A stretch of 63,950 bases of DNA, the filler included, from Raillietiella orientalis (Eukaryota), in NCBI GenBank assembly GCA_036172245.1. It is 6 parts of 6 records of this genome, joined end to end, with 100 filler letters (N's around TTAATTAATTAA, not from the genome) between each part and the next. Parts side by side here need not be neighbours in the genome. Positions count along the whole stretch, not along the records: positions 36,793 to 48,073 come from JAYWIR010000268.1; positions 48,174 to 59,246 come from JAYWIR010000269.1; 4 more parts are not named here. One strand, written 5' to 3'. Positions 36,693 through 48,916 of the stretch are shown one piece after another (within the stretch, counting starts at the first letter, position 1; each line of letters begins with the position of its first letter). A program made the position numbers and the translations under genes. Under the pieces are notes generated by a model. That model saw only the letters and a list, made by a program, of their open reading frames with translations, had not been told where the DNA came from and made no database searches.

Positions 36693-36792
36693 NNNNNNNN
36701 NNNNNNNNNNNNNNNNNNNNNNNNNNNNNNNNNNNNTTAATTAATTAANNNNNNNNNNNNNNNNNNNNNNNNNNNNNNNNNNNNNNNNNNNN
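36693..36792. other. Artificial contig linker
   Basis: 44 N + TTAATTAATTAA + 44 N. Confidence 0.98.
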
Positions 36793-38606
36793 GAATCCGA
36801 CGGCGACTGGCGAGCCCAGGTGTTACTCCTGGGAAGATGGCGATGCGGCTTCCGCCACCTGTTAGGGCGGGACGCTAGGTGGAGGAGGAGGGTCAGGTGC
36901 TGAAGGCACCTGTTCCTCCTCCTCCTTAGGTAGCTGCGCGTCGAGCGGGTCACCCACAGGTGGAGTCGCGCCTACCTGTGGGCCCTCCTCCATGGGGGCG
37001 GGCTGTTGAGGGTCGGCGACTGCAGGAAGGAGTTCAGCCCCCTGCTCACCCTCCTCCATGGGGAGTGGCCGGCTCGACGGCTACCGATCGTGGGAATTCC
37101 TTCTGCAAAGTTCCCACGCTGGCGACGACTTCCGTCTTCTCCTCCTCGCTGGTGGAGGGAAGGCGCCTCCTGGGCTTCTGGGACTTGCGTCCCGACTTCC
37201 TGGGGGGTGCCTCCGAGGAGGAGGATGTACTTTTGGACCCCAGGTCTAACTCACCTGTGGGGGCCTTTTTCGCCGGAGCCGTCCTTCGAACGGCCTTGCT
37301 CGAGGGGTTCTCACGCTCGGCCAGCGTGGCCGCGAGCTCCTCCGCCGCCTGCGCGAACGCCTTCGCAAACTTCAGGCGCGGCAGAAACGGCGAGTATAGG
37401 CTCTTCGCCCCGGGTGGTAGCCTCGGGAACGCTGACGCGCTCCAGTGCTACCGTGCACTCGCGGACGGTTTTTGAGAGCGGACCGGGTTTTTTCGTCTTC
37501 CCGGCCGTTTTTTTTTTCCGCCTTTCACTCCTTTTTCTCTTGTGCCCCTTTTTTGGTCTCTTTCCTGGACTTAACCAGCTTCCATTTCTCCTCCATTCCT
37601 GCGTCCTCGGGAGTTTTTTCCTCCGACGCCCGTTTGGTAGGAAGAGGAGAAGGCGGCTGGGTCCGGCCAGTTTCTCGTTGCGATCTTTCGACCTTCTTTG
37701 CGGATTTTGCCTGCGCTTTTTTGGCAGCGGGCGGGAGCAAGATGGGGCGTTTAGGGCACACACGACGAACGTGTCCCGTGACCCCGCACGAGTGGCACAC
37801 AATGTTCGGGTACCGCTTGGGCAAGTGTCCTACTGCATTGCAGTAGCCACAGTAGCGGGGTTTGCCCACGAACCAGAGGTCGACGGGTTTATTCGCGACC
37901 TCTAATTTGTGAGGTAAGCCACCACCCTCTTTAACGGTAACACGCGCTGCAGCCTGACCACCAAAAAGACTATTAAAGCCGTCGAAAATGGTGGGTTTAG
38001 GCCACAGTGCGTGCACCTCACTCAACTTGCGAAGTTCTGCACCAACCGCCGACCGCGTCATGCGGCTGGTGATGCCGGTCATGTGGACCATCACAGAGCG
38101 GTGCATTGACACCGGCTATATCTTGCGGCCGTCAACGTTCAGCGTTGCATGGATTAAGCGGTGAGCCAAGGTGACGTCTTTATACACCACCTCGACCCGT
38201 TGCCCGCTGCTGAGGACGGAGAGGCCGTCGAGATCCTTCTCCATTATATTAGCGGTTTTCAGCGCTTTGCTGAAAGCGCGCGTGGTCCGGCCATCGAATA
38301 AGTTCCTCATGTGATATACACGCGATGTCTTGTATCTGGAGGCCTTATAAGCTACCATCTCCGCCATGAGTTCCGCGCTGGGAGCGGCCAACATGGCGCT
38401 CCATGTCCTCGGCGTGGCCAGGGATGATTCCGCGGCGGATGCTCCTGCTCCAGCTGTGGGGGCGAACTAGCCACTCTTCACGCCTACCTCCATCGCGGCG
38501 TCCTCTGGCATCGTAGCCATTGGAAACCGACGATGTACACAAAACACCACACACCAGAAAAAACGTTTTCCTGCGACTCTTTCGGGAGTGAAGGAAAAAC
38601 ACGTCC
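36793..38606 (-). mobile_element. Family B-type element 5' part (U1): 5' UTR and degenerate gag-like ORF1 (ATG 38520) up to the ORF2 start
   Basis: CGYCNAVGHLPKR and CHSCGVTGHVRRVC knuckles; homologous to ORF 46295-47635; starts with GGACGTG. Confidence 0.85.
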
Positions 38607-39999
38607 TCCCACTTGCCTTGGAGGCGGCTGGCTGCAACGAGGCAGCCAGCTCCTCCAAACCTTGCGCGAAGTCTACGTCATCGATGGTGGTGTCGATGAC
38701 GGACGCCGCCGCCAGCTCGCTCTTCTCGCTGTTGACGGAGTCAACAGACGGGTGGTCGTCGGTAGCGGCGAGTTCTTTCTGGAAGCGTTGTCCAGCATCG
38801 GGAACGCGATCGACGACGACGCTACACTGTTTAATTATCGCGCTACCCTGCTCTTTCTTCTTCTGTTGGTGGACGATTTTTTTCTCCAACCTTCTCTCTT
38901 TCTTTGATTTTTTTGTCGTTGCCACCTGCCACCCAGGCTCCTGGCTGGATCCCTTGACATTTTCGGCGTTCTTCGCCAGGGTCTGGGGTGTGGCCTTGGA
39001 TTTGTGCGCGGGTGCCACAGCCTTCGCAGCAGCTTTTGCCGCGAGCCTCTTGTGCAGCAGCCGTGCGCGTTTTTTAAGGTTTCTCTTGGAAACCACCCGC
39101 ACTGCTGCTTTTGGGCACACCTCCCCCCTGTGACCCATTGTGCCGCCTACTTGGCACTGCACGTTGAGACACCTCTTTTTGGAGTGGCCCGACGTATTGC
39201 AGAAGCCGCAGTATTTCGGCCTCCTCACATACTAGAGGTCGCCGGTTTCGCCAACGACCATCAGTTAGTGATGAAGAGTGCAATCCTCCAAACGGTGACT
39301 CGTGCAGCCGTGAGGCCGTGTTGCAGCCTCATGTAGTCCTCAAAAGGACTAACTTTTCACCACTACGCGTCGAGCGTTCCATATTTTTCCAACGCAGCGC
39401 AAACCTGTTTCTTGCGCATCCGCCCGGTACCACCTAACATGTGGATCATCATGCTGCTGTCCACCGCAATGGGAAGGAGCCTGCACGTCCCCATCACCAC
39501 GGGGGTTTTAAGCAGTAGTTGGGCCAGCTCTGCTTGTTTTCGAATGACCTCAAAGTACTGACCCCCGCTGAGGAAGGTGATTGCGGTGAGCTTCTCCTCT
39601 TTGACATCGAGAGCGGGCATTACTTTCGAAAAGGCGTGCGCGCTCTCTAAAGAATATAAATTGCCTACCTTGTAGGAAGGCGAAAAGTTATAATCCTCTT
39701 CCATATAGGCCGAAAATTCCAACGCGGCTGCAGGCGATGGCGCCGACACAACGGCGCTCCACGCCCGCGCTGCAGCGGGGACCGATTCTGTGGGGGCAGA
39801 TGCCCTCACCTCTATCGCCTCGGGGGCGACGTTGCCTCCGCCCAATGGCTCTCCATCGCCACCGGGGGCGACGCTGCCGCTGCCTCCTGGCCATCCCTGG
39901 TGGTCGCGATAGGCATCGCTGCCTGATCGACCACCCAATCATATGACGCTAGCAATAGGGGAGACTTCCTGGCACGAAAAGCACCAAAATAACACGTCC
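38607..39999 (-). mobile_element. Divergent family B-type element 5' part (U2): degenerate gag-like ORF1, 3'-truncated
   Basis: PSYKVGNLY, PKYCGFCNTSGHSKKRC, WQVATTKK; starts with GGACGTG; frameshifted. Confidence 0.8.
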
Positions 40000-42093
40000 G
40001 CCCTCGAGCGCATAAAGCGTTCCACTGCGTGAATCAGGATCTTCTCCTGGAGCTCTTGGAACGCCTCGGTCTCCTGGTGCACCTCGTAGCCTATTTCCGC
40101 GCTTGCTGGCGCCACGCGCTCATTTCCATCTCTTTCAGCGGCTGCCACGTGTACGGCGTACCGGTGTGGCGGGGCATCAGGCAGAGCGACAGTTTAAGCC
40201 CGTTGCTCTTCAGCATCTTCTTTGAGTTGGTGCTGATGGCGTACAGGCTGACGCTGGCCAACCTGCCGAGCTTTTGTCCAGGAACTCCTTCCGTGGCGGC
40301 CTATGCCGACGACCTGCTTCTCCTTTTACGCATGACCACCAAGGGGTCCACTTTGGAGTATTTCTTCGAACTGATTCGCCGGGGAGCGGGCATGAGCGTA
40401 AACAGGAGCAAGAGCATGGTCGTTCCTATTGGTGCGGCGTGAGAGGGGCAGTTCGACTAGATCCGCCTGAAGACCCCGACCGCTTCGTCCATCCAGTATC
40501 TGGGCGTTCCGCTAAGGAACATCAGCCTAGTGGAAGTGTGATCGGACTGCCTTCGGAAGGCTACAAGTGCTTTTAGCCCGTTTCACCATGGCAGGTTCGT
40601 CCTGTCAGAGCGGGCTGCGATATGGAACACCTTCTTTGCGCCCCTCTTGCGCCCCCTGCTTTTTGTTTTCCCGCCCCCCAACTCGGCCAATTTCCAGGCG
40701 CACAGCCTGCTGAGGAACGCTCTGTGGGGACCTGCGAGGTCCAGGATACGCCTTAAAGACTTGGAGGCTCCGCGTCGGGATGCTGGTTCAGGCATCCCGA
40801 CGCTGGAGAGAATCGAGCTGCAGGTGCAGCTTCCGATGTTGGCCCTGTGCGTCAATCTTTGGTTCACTCAATGGTGCGCTCCCGCGCGCCTGCTTCTGCG
40901 GCGCTGCACAGGCAGCGATGGACTTCTGTCGCTGCGGCCGCACACGGAGCGCCCCACGAGAAGCTTCGGTTTACCCTTGAAACCGCTGTACCGGCTCCTG
41001 GCAGAGCAGGAATGGATCTCCTGCCACCCAACCAACTTTCAAGTTTGGCGGCAGGAACCGTTGCATGGCTGGGCAAAGCACCAGGATGTATCCCTCCTGG
41101 AACTCCGTTGCGCTCACCTCTCTCCGTACAACACGGTGGATGAGGTATGCAACAGCCAGGAAAATTGAACTCGCCTGGCCGTCACGCCCCTCGCCGATGC
41201 GCTGTTAGCCCTCAGGGCAAGAGATGACAGCTGCGAACCGGCGAGATGGGAGGTCGCCTGCACCATCGCAGGAACAAACCGACCGATTGGCGGCTGGAGG
41301 ACTTCCGAGCTGGCAGATGCCGCCACGCCTCGCCACATACCGAAGGGACTCCTTCGGTGAAGCGAACAATTGAGTGTGCCCCCAGTAGAACTTGTGGTCC
41401 CCCTGTCTTATTTAAACACTTCTGTGTTCCTCCTTTCTTGGAAGCAGGACGTCATCATGCTGGTGCATTGGGGTTTCACTCCAACCAGCGCACGAACCTT
41501 GTTTCCGGGGGAGTTGTCTCCCCAAACTGTAAGCGGTGAGGGGAAGTGGAAACGCTCCCGCACCTGCTCTTGGACTGCGGTGCCCTCCTAGGACTGTGGC
41601 GGAGGCTGGCCTCAGCTCTCCTGCACCAGGGGGACACCGCGAGAGTCTGGATGCGCTGCTTCTTCACGCCAGGCGGCCTGTCCTTAGGTGCTGTTGTTGC
41701 AACCGTGTGTTGCATTCGCGCCATGGACAAGGCCCACCGACAACCTGAGAAGTTGGCCATCCTTCGTCAGCCCACCAGCTTAGACAGCGCGAGCATATCG
41801 TCGGCAGCCGAGTGGGCGCATCTTCCAGAGAGCGTGAGGAAGGAGATCGCCGGCATCCATCGCCGGTTCTGAAAGGAAGGAAAGGCAGAACCAAAGACCC
41901 CTGTCTTCTGCCCTCCATATCTTCATTTTTATTTTTTCTATACGGTGTATTTGTGTTCCCCTCCCTCCCGTTATGGACTTTCGGCATACCGACCTGCGAG
42001 TCGGGGATGCCACCCCCTTCGTTACTCTATGTCCTTTGTCCGGGAACTTTGTTTCCGGATAGTTTGTAATAAACGCCCCGGCGCACCCGGGTG
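40000..42093 (+). mobile_element. Family B element 3' part (U3): degenerate RT, zinc motif, 3' UTR
   Basis: HKAFHC, GIRQSDSLSPLLF, YADD, ETLPHLLLDC; closest to 19279-21065; ends AATAAACGCCCCGGCGCACCCGGGTG. Confidence 0.9.
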
Positions 42094-44235
42094 ATGAACA
42101 GCCGACTCCCCGCGATCGTCTCGATCTACTGGACTTCTGCCGCGGTGATCACGTGGATCTCCTGCAGCAGTGCCAGTTCGAACTCACGCAGGGTATCGGC
42201 CGTATCTCCTCTGTTGCCGTCGTCGCGCAGCCCGTTGACATTCCAACAGGCCACGCTTATCCGACGGCGACAGGCGAGCCGAAATGCTAATCCTGGGAGA
42301 GTGGCAGTGCGGCGTCCGCCACCTGTTGGGGCAGGACGCTTGGAGGAGGACAGGTAGGTGCGTCGAGCACCTGTTCCTCCTCCTCCATTAATGTCGGCGC
42401 GTCAGGCGGATCGCCCGAAGGTGTGGTAGCGCCTACGTGATCGCCCTCCTCCATAGGGGCGTGCTTCTCGGGTTCGGCGCATGCAGTTGGCTTCGTTACC
42501 CTTCTCACCTTCCTCCTTAGGCGTCGCTTGTGCGCCGGCTTTCGAGCGTGGGAGTTCCCCCTCCGGGTTTCCCACGCTACCTTCGGCTTCCGGCTTCTCC
42601 TCCTCGTTCGAAACGGTAGGGCACCTTTTGGGCTTTTGGGACTTCCGTTCTGCCTTTCGAGGAGGCGCCTCCGCGGAGGATGATGAGTTGCCGGCCTCCC
42701 GGTCGGACTCACCTGCGGGAGGCATTTTCTTCGGAGGCGGCCTGCGAACGCCCTTACGCGACGGGGTTTCGCGCTCGGCGAGCGTTGCCACGAGCTCCTC
42801 CGCGGACTTCTCGAAGGACGCGTCCTCGCTGCCTCCCAACGTTGCCGCGGGCTCTTCCGCGACCTTATCGAAGGCCGCGTCATCGCTTTCGTCAAACGTT
42901 GCCGCGGACTCCTCCGCGACCTTATCGGACGCGGCGTCCTCGCTTTCGGAGCGCCAGTCCCGCGTCTCACCCTCTAAACTTAGAGTGAGCTCGTCCACGC
43001 TCGTTTCGATCGCGACCCCATGAGCTGTTTGCTGAACATTGCCGCGGGCGACCTCCGCAGGAACGGCTAAGCGTTTCAATGCCACCGAGCACTCGCGGAG
43101 TTTTTTTTAAAGCGGCGCGGCTTCTTTCTTTTTGCCGGCAGTTTTCTTCTCCGACTTTTGCTCTCCCAGAATCTTCTTTTTTTCTTTTCTGACCTTAACC
43201 AGTTGCCATCCCTCCTCCACTCCCGCGTCTTCCGCAATTTCATCCTCCTACGCCTAAGTGGGAGGAGGAGGAGATGGCGGCTGGGGCTGACCATTGTCAC
43301 GCGCTGGTCTTTCCACCAGCTATCCGCGCATTCCCTGTGCCTTTTTGGCAGCAGGGGGAACCGGGGTGGGGCGCTTAGGGCACACGCGTCTCACGTGCCC
43401 CTTCTCCCCGCATAAGTGGCACACAATGTTCGGGCATCTTTTTCCAAGATGCCCTACTACATTGCAGTAGCCACAAAATTGGGGTTTCCCCACGAACCAG
43501 AGGTCTACCGGTTCTTGGCAGACCTCCAGTTTGTGGAGAAGGGCACCACCTTCTTTCACCGTGACACGCGTTGCGGCCTGGCCTCCGAAAATGCTATTGA
43601 AGCCATCAAAAATCGTAGGCTTCGGCCAGAACGCGTGCACTTCACCGTGCTTCCGCAGCTGATCACCAATTGCTGACCGCGTCATGCGGCTGGTGATTAC
43701 GGTAAGATGGACCACTACAGAGCGGTCCATCATCACCGGAAAGATCTTCCGACCATCAACGATCAGCAAATCGATGTTCAGGCGTTGGATCGAGGTGATA
43801 TCTTTGCATACCACCTCGACCCGCTGATCCCCGCTGAGGACGGAGCGGCCGTCAAGACCTTGCTCCCGAATATTTGCGTTCTGCAGCGCCTTCGAGAAGG
43901 CTCGTGCAGTCCGCTTATTAAATAATGGTCCTACCTTATATATGAGCGAGGGTTTGTATCCTGCTGCCCGGTAGGCTATTTGTTCCGATAAGGCTTCGGC
44001 GCTGGGCGCTGCCACCATGGCACTCCTAGTCCTCGTCTGTAGCAGCGGGTACGATTCCGGGGCGGATGCCCCTGATCCAGTAGGCTGTGGGGGCGAACTA
44101 ACCTTCCTCACGCCTACTTCCATCGCGGTGTCCTCTGGCAATGCAGCCATAGGACACCGACGATGTGAACGCACAAAACACTTAAAGAAAAACGCTCCTC
44201 TTGCCACGCAGGTGGAGCGAGGGAAAATCACGTCC
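42094..44235 (-). mobile_element. Family B-type element 5' part (U4): gag-like ORF1 (ATG 44150) and start of endonuclease
   Basis: CGYCNVVGHLGKRC, CHLCGEKGHVRRVC; downstream RRISVACWNVNG and LLQEIH endonuclease motifs at ~42260-42150. Confidence 0.88.
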
Positions 44236-46200
44236 ACTCACCACAAGAGGGTTTGGTGGAGGCGTGCGTAACGAGAGATGGTATTAGAGAGCTCGATGTT
44301 ACGCGCGAACACCAGACGTACGCAAGCTAGCCAAATACCGTGCGAGAGCCGAGAGGCAGGCGTGGCAATCCGGGTCGGCCAGCTTACTGGACGACCAGGG
44401 CTCGGAGCACTCGGCCCCCGCCCAGGTAAAAGGCTTATTAAGAAAATTCTACTCTTCCCTGTACGCGCGCGCTCCACCGGAACAAGATGTCTGGCGACTT
44501 CTTCCAAAAGGCCCTCCGGCGATCAGGGAGGAAGATAGAAGAACCCTTGACGAGCATTTCACTATGGGCGAGATCATCTCGGTCATCAAAAAGCTTAAGA
44601 GGCGCAAGGCTCCAGGGGAGGACGGCCTTAAAGAGGAATCCCGTCGATGTTTTGCGGCAGAGCTCACTACCCTGGTAAATAAATTCACCTTGCTGATCCG
44701 CGAAACGGGCGACGTCCCCGCCTCGTTTCGTTCGGCAAAGGTGCGTCTCCTTCCTAAGGGAGAAGACCTTCAAAGCATAAGCAACTGGCGGCCGATTACA
44801 GTGATCAACGCGGACGCCATGTTGCTGGCAAAATTGTGGGCTGAACGCCAAGGGCGATTAGCATAAAGCTTCATCAGCCCGGAGCAGACATATGCTGTTG
44901 CCGGGCAGAGCATGGATGATAACCTGTTCCTCGCCAGCACCTTTTCGCCCTCCAACAAGAAAGGGTCAGGATGAGCAATCGGACTTCCGGAATGTACGCT
45001 GCTAGGAAACGGGATGGTTGAAAAGGGAGGAAGCTCTCGGAGTTGCAGTCGATTTGCATAAAGCATTCGACTGTGTCGACCAGAGGCTCCTGCTGGAGCT
45101 CCTGGAACGCTTGGGCTTCCCGGTCTCTTTGCTGACCTACCTGTGATCCTGTCGGCGCGACGCGCTTATCCAGATCTTTTTCAGTAAACACACCGTGCAC
45201 GGCGTACCGGTGCGATGTGGCATACATCAGGGAGACAGCCTGAGTCCCTTGCTCTTTAGTACCTACTTCGAGTTAGTACTGAGAACGTACAGGGAAGCTC
45301 TAGCGCACCTGCCGCGCGAATGTACCGGTACTCCTGCGGTGTGTCAGCATATGCAAACGACCTTCTCCTGCAGCTCCCTATATCCATCCCGGCATCAGCG
45401 CTCGACGAGTTCTTCGACCTGCAAAGTCGGGGAACCGGGCTTGAGGTGAACAGGGCGAAGTCGTCCTTCATGCCAATCGGTGCGGCGTGGGCAGGGCAGC
45501 CGGACTGGTCCGTTTGGGGATCCCAACGGTACGGTACTTCAAGTACCTCGGTGTACCGATGGGTGATTATGTTTCTTCGGATGCGTGGTCCAGCTGCCTT
45601 CAAAACGTAGAGACGGCGATCGGCCCGTTCCAAAGCCGCAGGTTTTTCCTGCCGTAACGGGCCGCGGTGTGGAACGCATTCGCGGCGCATCTTTTTCGTT
45701 CCCTGCTTTTTTTTTGTCTTTTCACCACAGAAACTAAAAAGCGGACGAAGGACGTCCTAAGGATTGCCCTGAGGGGTAATAGGAAAGCCCGAGTCAGGCT
45801 TGAGGAGTTGAGCGCTTCACATCGGGACGGCGGTTTTGGCCTCTTGACGCTGGAGCGGCTGGAGCTCCAGCTCCAGTTTAGATTACTCTCCATAGTGGCG
45901 AAGTATCGGAGTACGGTTTAATGCGAGTTCGCACGTCTCCTCGTCAAGCAGGCTACAGGCAAGGTGGGACTGTCATTCTTCCTTGCGCTCCGTCGTCGCC
46001 GCCAAGTCGGTTACTGAGGGTTGCAGCTGCGGAGAGTGGCTGACCTCATAAGGAAGAACGCGGGATTGCTCTGCTGTCGCCCCGTTAACGGACCTGCATG
46101 TCTGTAGGAAACATTTCAGACGTGGGCAAGCAGCAACGCACCCAAGAAGAACAGAGACAATTCTTCGCCCGTAACGCCTTCGCCGAAAGCCGGTGTGGGT
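44236..46200 (+). mobile_element. Highly degenerate family B ORF2 fragment (U5), truncated at both ends
   Basis: KAPGEDGL, WRPITVINADA, DLHKAFDC, QGDSLSPLLF in several frames; many stops and frameshifts. Confidence 0.88.
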
Positions 46201-48073
46201 GGACGTGTTTTTTGGTCGCTCCGCCAGCGCTTGTCTGGGAAGCAACCGGAGTATTTAGTGTTGTCAGGTGTAAAGTGTGGGTCGTCGGTATCCGATGGCA
46301 GCTGTGCTAGACACCGCGATGGATGTAGTCGTAGGGGAGGCAAGTCCTACCACAGGACCTACAGCTATGGGGGCAATAGTCCCTAGAACGTCTTCGCAGC
46401 CGGCGAAGTCTTGGAGTGAAATGGTCGCCGCCCCCAGTGCGGAGGCCATGGCCGAGGAAGCCGCCTATCGGGCCTCTGAATACAAGCCATCGCTTGTATA
46501 CAAGGTAGGCCCTTTGTTTGAAGGAAACACGGCGCGCTCATTCAGCAGAGCGCTACAAAATGCTAATGTCCGAGAGGAAGATCTGGACGGTCTGTACGTG
46601 CTCAGCGGGGCGCAGCGGGTTGAGCTGGTGTGCAAGAGCATCAGCTTAGCCAATCGCCTTATAAATACCCCGCTGATCATAAACGGCCGTAAGATCTTCC
46701 CGGTGTCAATGGACCACTCGGTAGTGGTCCACTTGACAGGAATATCCAAGCGCATGACGCGCACTGCCGTAAAAGCAGAATTAAGTAAGTACGGGGACGT
46801 ACACGCGCTGTGGCCGAAGCCCACAATCTTTGAGGGCTACGGATGCCACTTCGGAGGCCTCGCTGCGGCACGCGTAACCCCAAAAAATGAAGCGAAGCTA
46901 CCCCACATACTTGAGGTCGCGGGTAAACCAGTAGACCTCTGGTATGCTGGCAAGCCACGGTATTGCGGCTACTGCGATGCGGTCGGACACATCCGAAAGA
47001 GGTGCCCAAACATCGTATGCTACTTGTGCGGGGAGAAGGGACACGTCCGTCGCGTGTGCCCTAAACGCCCCACCCCAATTTCCTCGGCCGCCAAAAAGGC
47101 GCAAGCGAAACGCGCGGGGAAAGAAAAATTAGAAAACCGTGAAACTGGCCGAGAAAAGCTGCCAATAACCCAAGCTCCAAGCGCGGCATCGGAGAAAAAT
47201 CTTCCCGAAACCGCAGAGGGTGAACAGGGCTGGCAGCTAGTCAAAGCCAAAAAAGAAAAAAAGGACAAGCACGTCCCGAAGAAAGGAGAGAAGGCGGCGG
47301 TCGGAACAAAAGCTCAATCCGTGTCGCGCGTAAAAACTCTCCAAGAATGCACGGTTACGCTGGAGCGCATTGACGTTCCCGCCGACACCACCGGAGGCGA
47401 TACGGCTTCGATCGATTTTCCCGCCGCGACGAATGCGCGCGAAAACCCACCCCCCGCTTCCGAAGAGGGTCAGCCGGACGACAAAATCGCCGGAACCAAG
47501 GACGCAGCCTTCGAGAAGGCCGCCGAGGAGCTTGCGGCAACGCTTGCCGAACGCGAGAACCCTTCGCAAAAGGGGTTGCGTAGGCCGGCAGCGGCTAAAG
47601 TGGCCCCCGCAGGTGAGTCGGACCGGGAGGCCTGAAGTGCATTCTCCTCTGCGAAAGCACCACCAAGGAAAGCGGGGCGAAAATCCCAGAAACCCCGAAG
47701 GAGCATTGCGCCTCCGCGCGAGGGGGATCCAATGGTGGAGGAACCAGTGGATGGCAGCGTGGGAGCCCAAGTCAAGGATCACCCACGTGCGGAAGCCGAC
47801 GAGGAGGCGACTCCAATGGAAGAGGGTAACCAGGGGTCAGCAATGCCCCCTGAAACCGCCGAACCTGAACCATTCGCACCAATGGATGTGGGCCAATAGG
47901 TACGAACAACACCCCCTTCGCACGGGCAGCCGGAGACGTCGGCACGAAAGAAGGATGGAGAGTTGGTGGGCAAGACGCCAACCCCGTCCAGCGACCCGCC
48001 CCAAAAGGTGACGGGAGCCCTACCGCCAGGTTCCCAGGAATAACACCTGGACTGCCTGTCGCCGTCGGATCCG
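46201..48073 (+). mobile_element. Family B-type element 5' part (U6): gag-like ORF1 46295-48043 (two premature stops)
   Basis: Long ORF with CGYCDAVGHIRKRC and CYLCGEKGHVRRVC; starts with GGACGTG; ends ...SQE* like U1 and U4. Confidence 0.9.
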
Positions 48074-48173
48074 NNNNNNNNNNNNNNNNNNNNNNNNNNN
48101 NNNNNNNNNNNNNNNNNTTAATTAATTAANNNNNNNNNNNNNNNNNNNNNNNNNNNNNNNNNNNNNNNNNNNN
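48074..48173. other. Artificial contig linker
   Basis: 44 N + TTAATTAATTAA + 44 N. Confidence 0.98.
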
Positions 48174-48916
48174 GTCCTGTGGTGGAGGCCGAACCCTTTG
48201 TAGGATTTCTCCTCTGTCCACATCGAACAAGTCTCCGCGCGGATCCCCGTCGCAAACAGGCGTGTTGTGCCTGTGCAGCTGCAGGTGAACGGCATGGTCG
48301 TTCACCTGTGATTCATAGGCCAGACTTGCGCGTGCGAGAAGTGCGGCAAGGATGGGCACCGAATTAAAGAGTACCCCTCTCCAAGATGCCGCTATTGCAA
48401 AGATTTTGGGCACGAAATCAAAAAGTGCCCGGTACTTGCAAGAAAAAGAGCCGCAGCGGAAATTCGTCGGGTTCAAGAGACCACTGCTCGAAAAGCCGCA
48501 GCGGCAAATAAAAAGCGTCGCTCGCAAAAACTCGCAAAAAACCACGAGCGATACGCGAATGAAAAGAAAGCATCCTCGTCCCCAACGCCCCGAAAGGGGA
48601 AAGTCACGGCGGGGAAGCCAATTAAAAGCGGCGCAAGGGTTTCACGCGTGCGGTGCCTTCCCTCTCTGCCGAACTCGCAGGCACCTCTCCGAGCTAGGAA
48701 CCAGGAAATCTCCGTAACACCCTGGAGAGAAAGGTAGGAAAACAGGAAGATCCAACGGTGGGAAGACTTCTTGCCCCGTTCCGTTGTCCCTTCCGAGTTC
48801 CGGACAGCGCCACTGCAGCGCACGCTTCTTTGCAAAGGATACGAAAGCCGTAAAAAGCAGCGTCGCGAGGAGCAAAAGCACGCTGCATGCAGACGCCCCA
48901 TCGCCGACTCGGCAGT
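48174..48916 (+). mobile_element. Family C copy C2, ORF1 segment upstream of the A2 insertion
   Basis: Homologous to C1 and C3 knuckle region; ends ...APSPTRQ at the left TSD 48904-48916. Confidence 0.88.

Noticed and set aside
42094..46200. Twin-priming 5' inversions explaining head-to-head ORF1/ORF2 junctions
   Set aside because: Joined pieces differ in degree of decay and gap size, and same-orientation junctions (38606, 46201) follow the same natural-end/broken-end rule; nesting is simpler.
46201..46252. Minimal HDV-like ribozyme at the U6 5' end (GGACGTG/CTTGTCT P1, CGC/GCG P3, TTTGGT/ACCGGA P2)
   Set aside because: The fold has a P1 mismatch, and the three homologous 5' ends support only a simple hairpin; a co-transcriptional cleavage assay would be needed to revive it.
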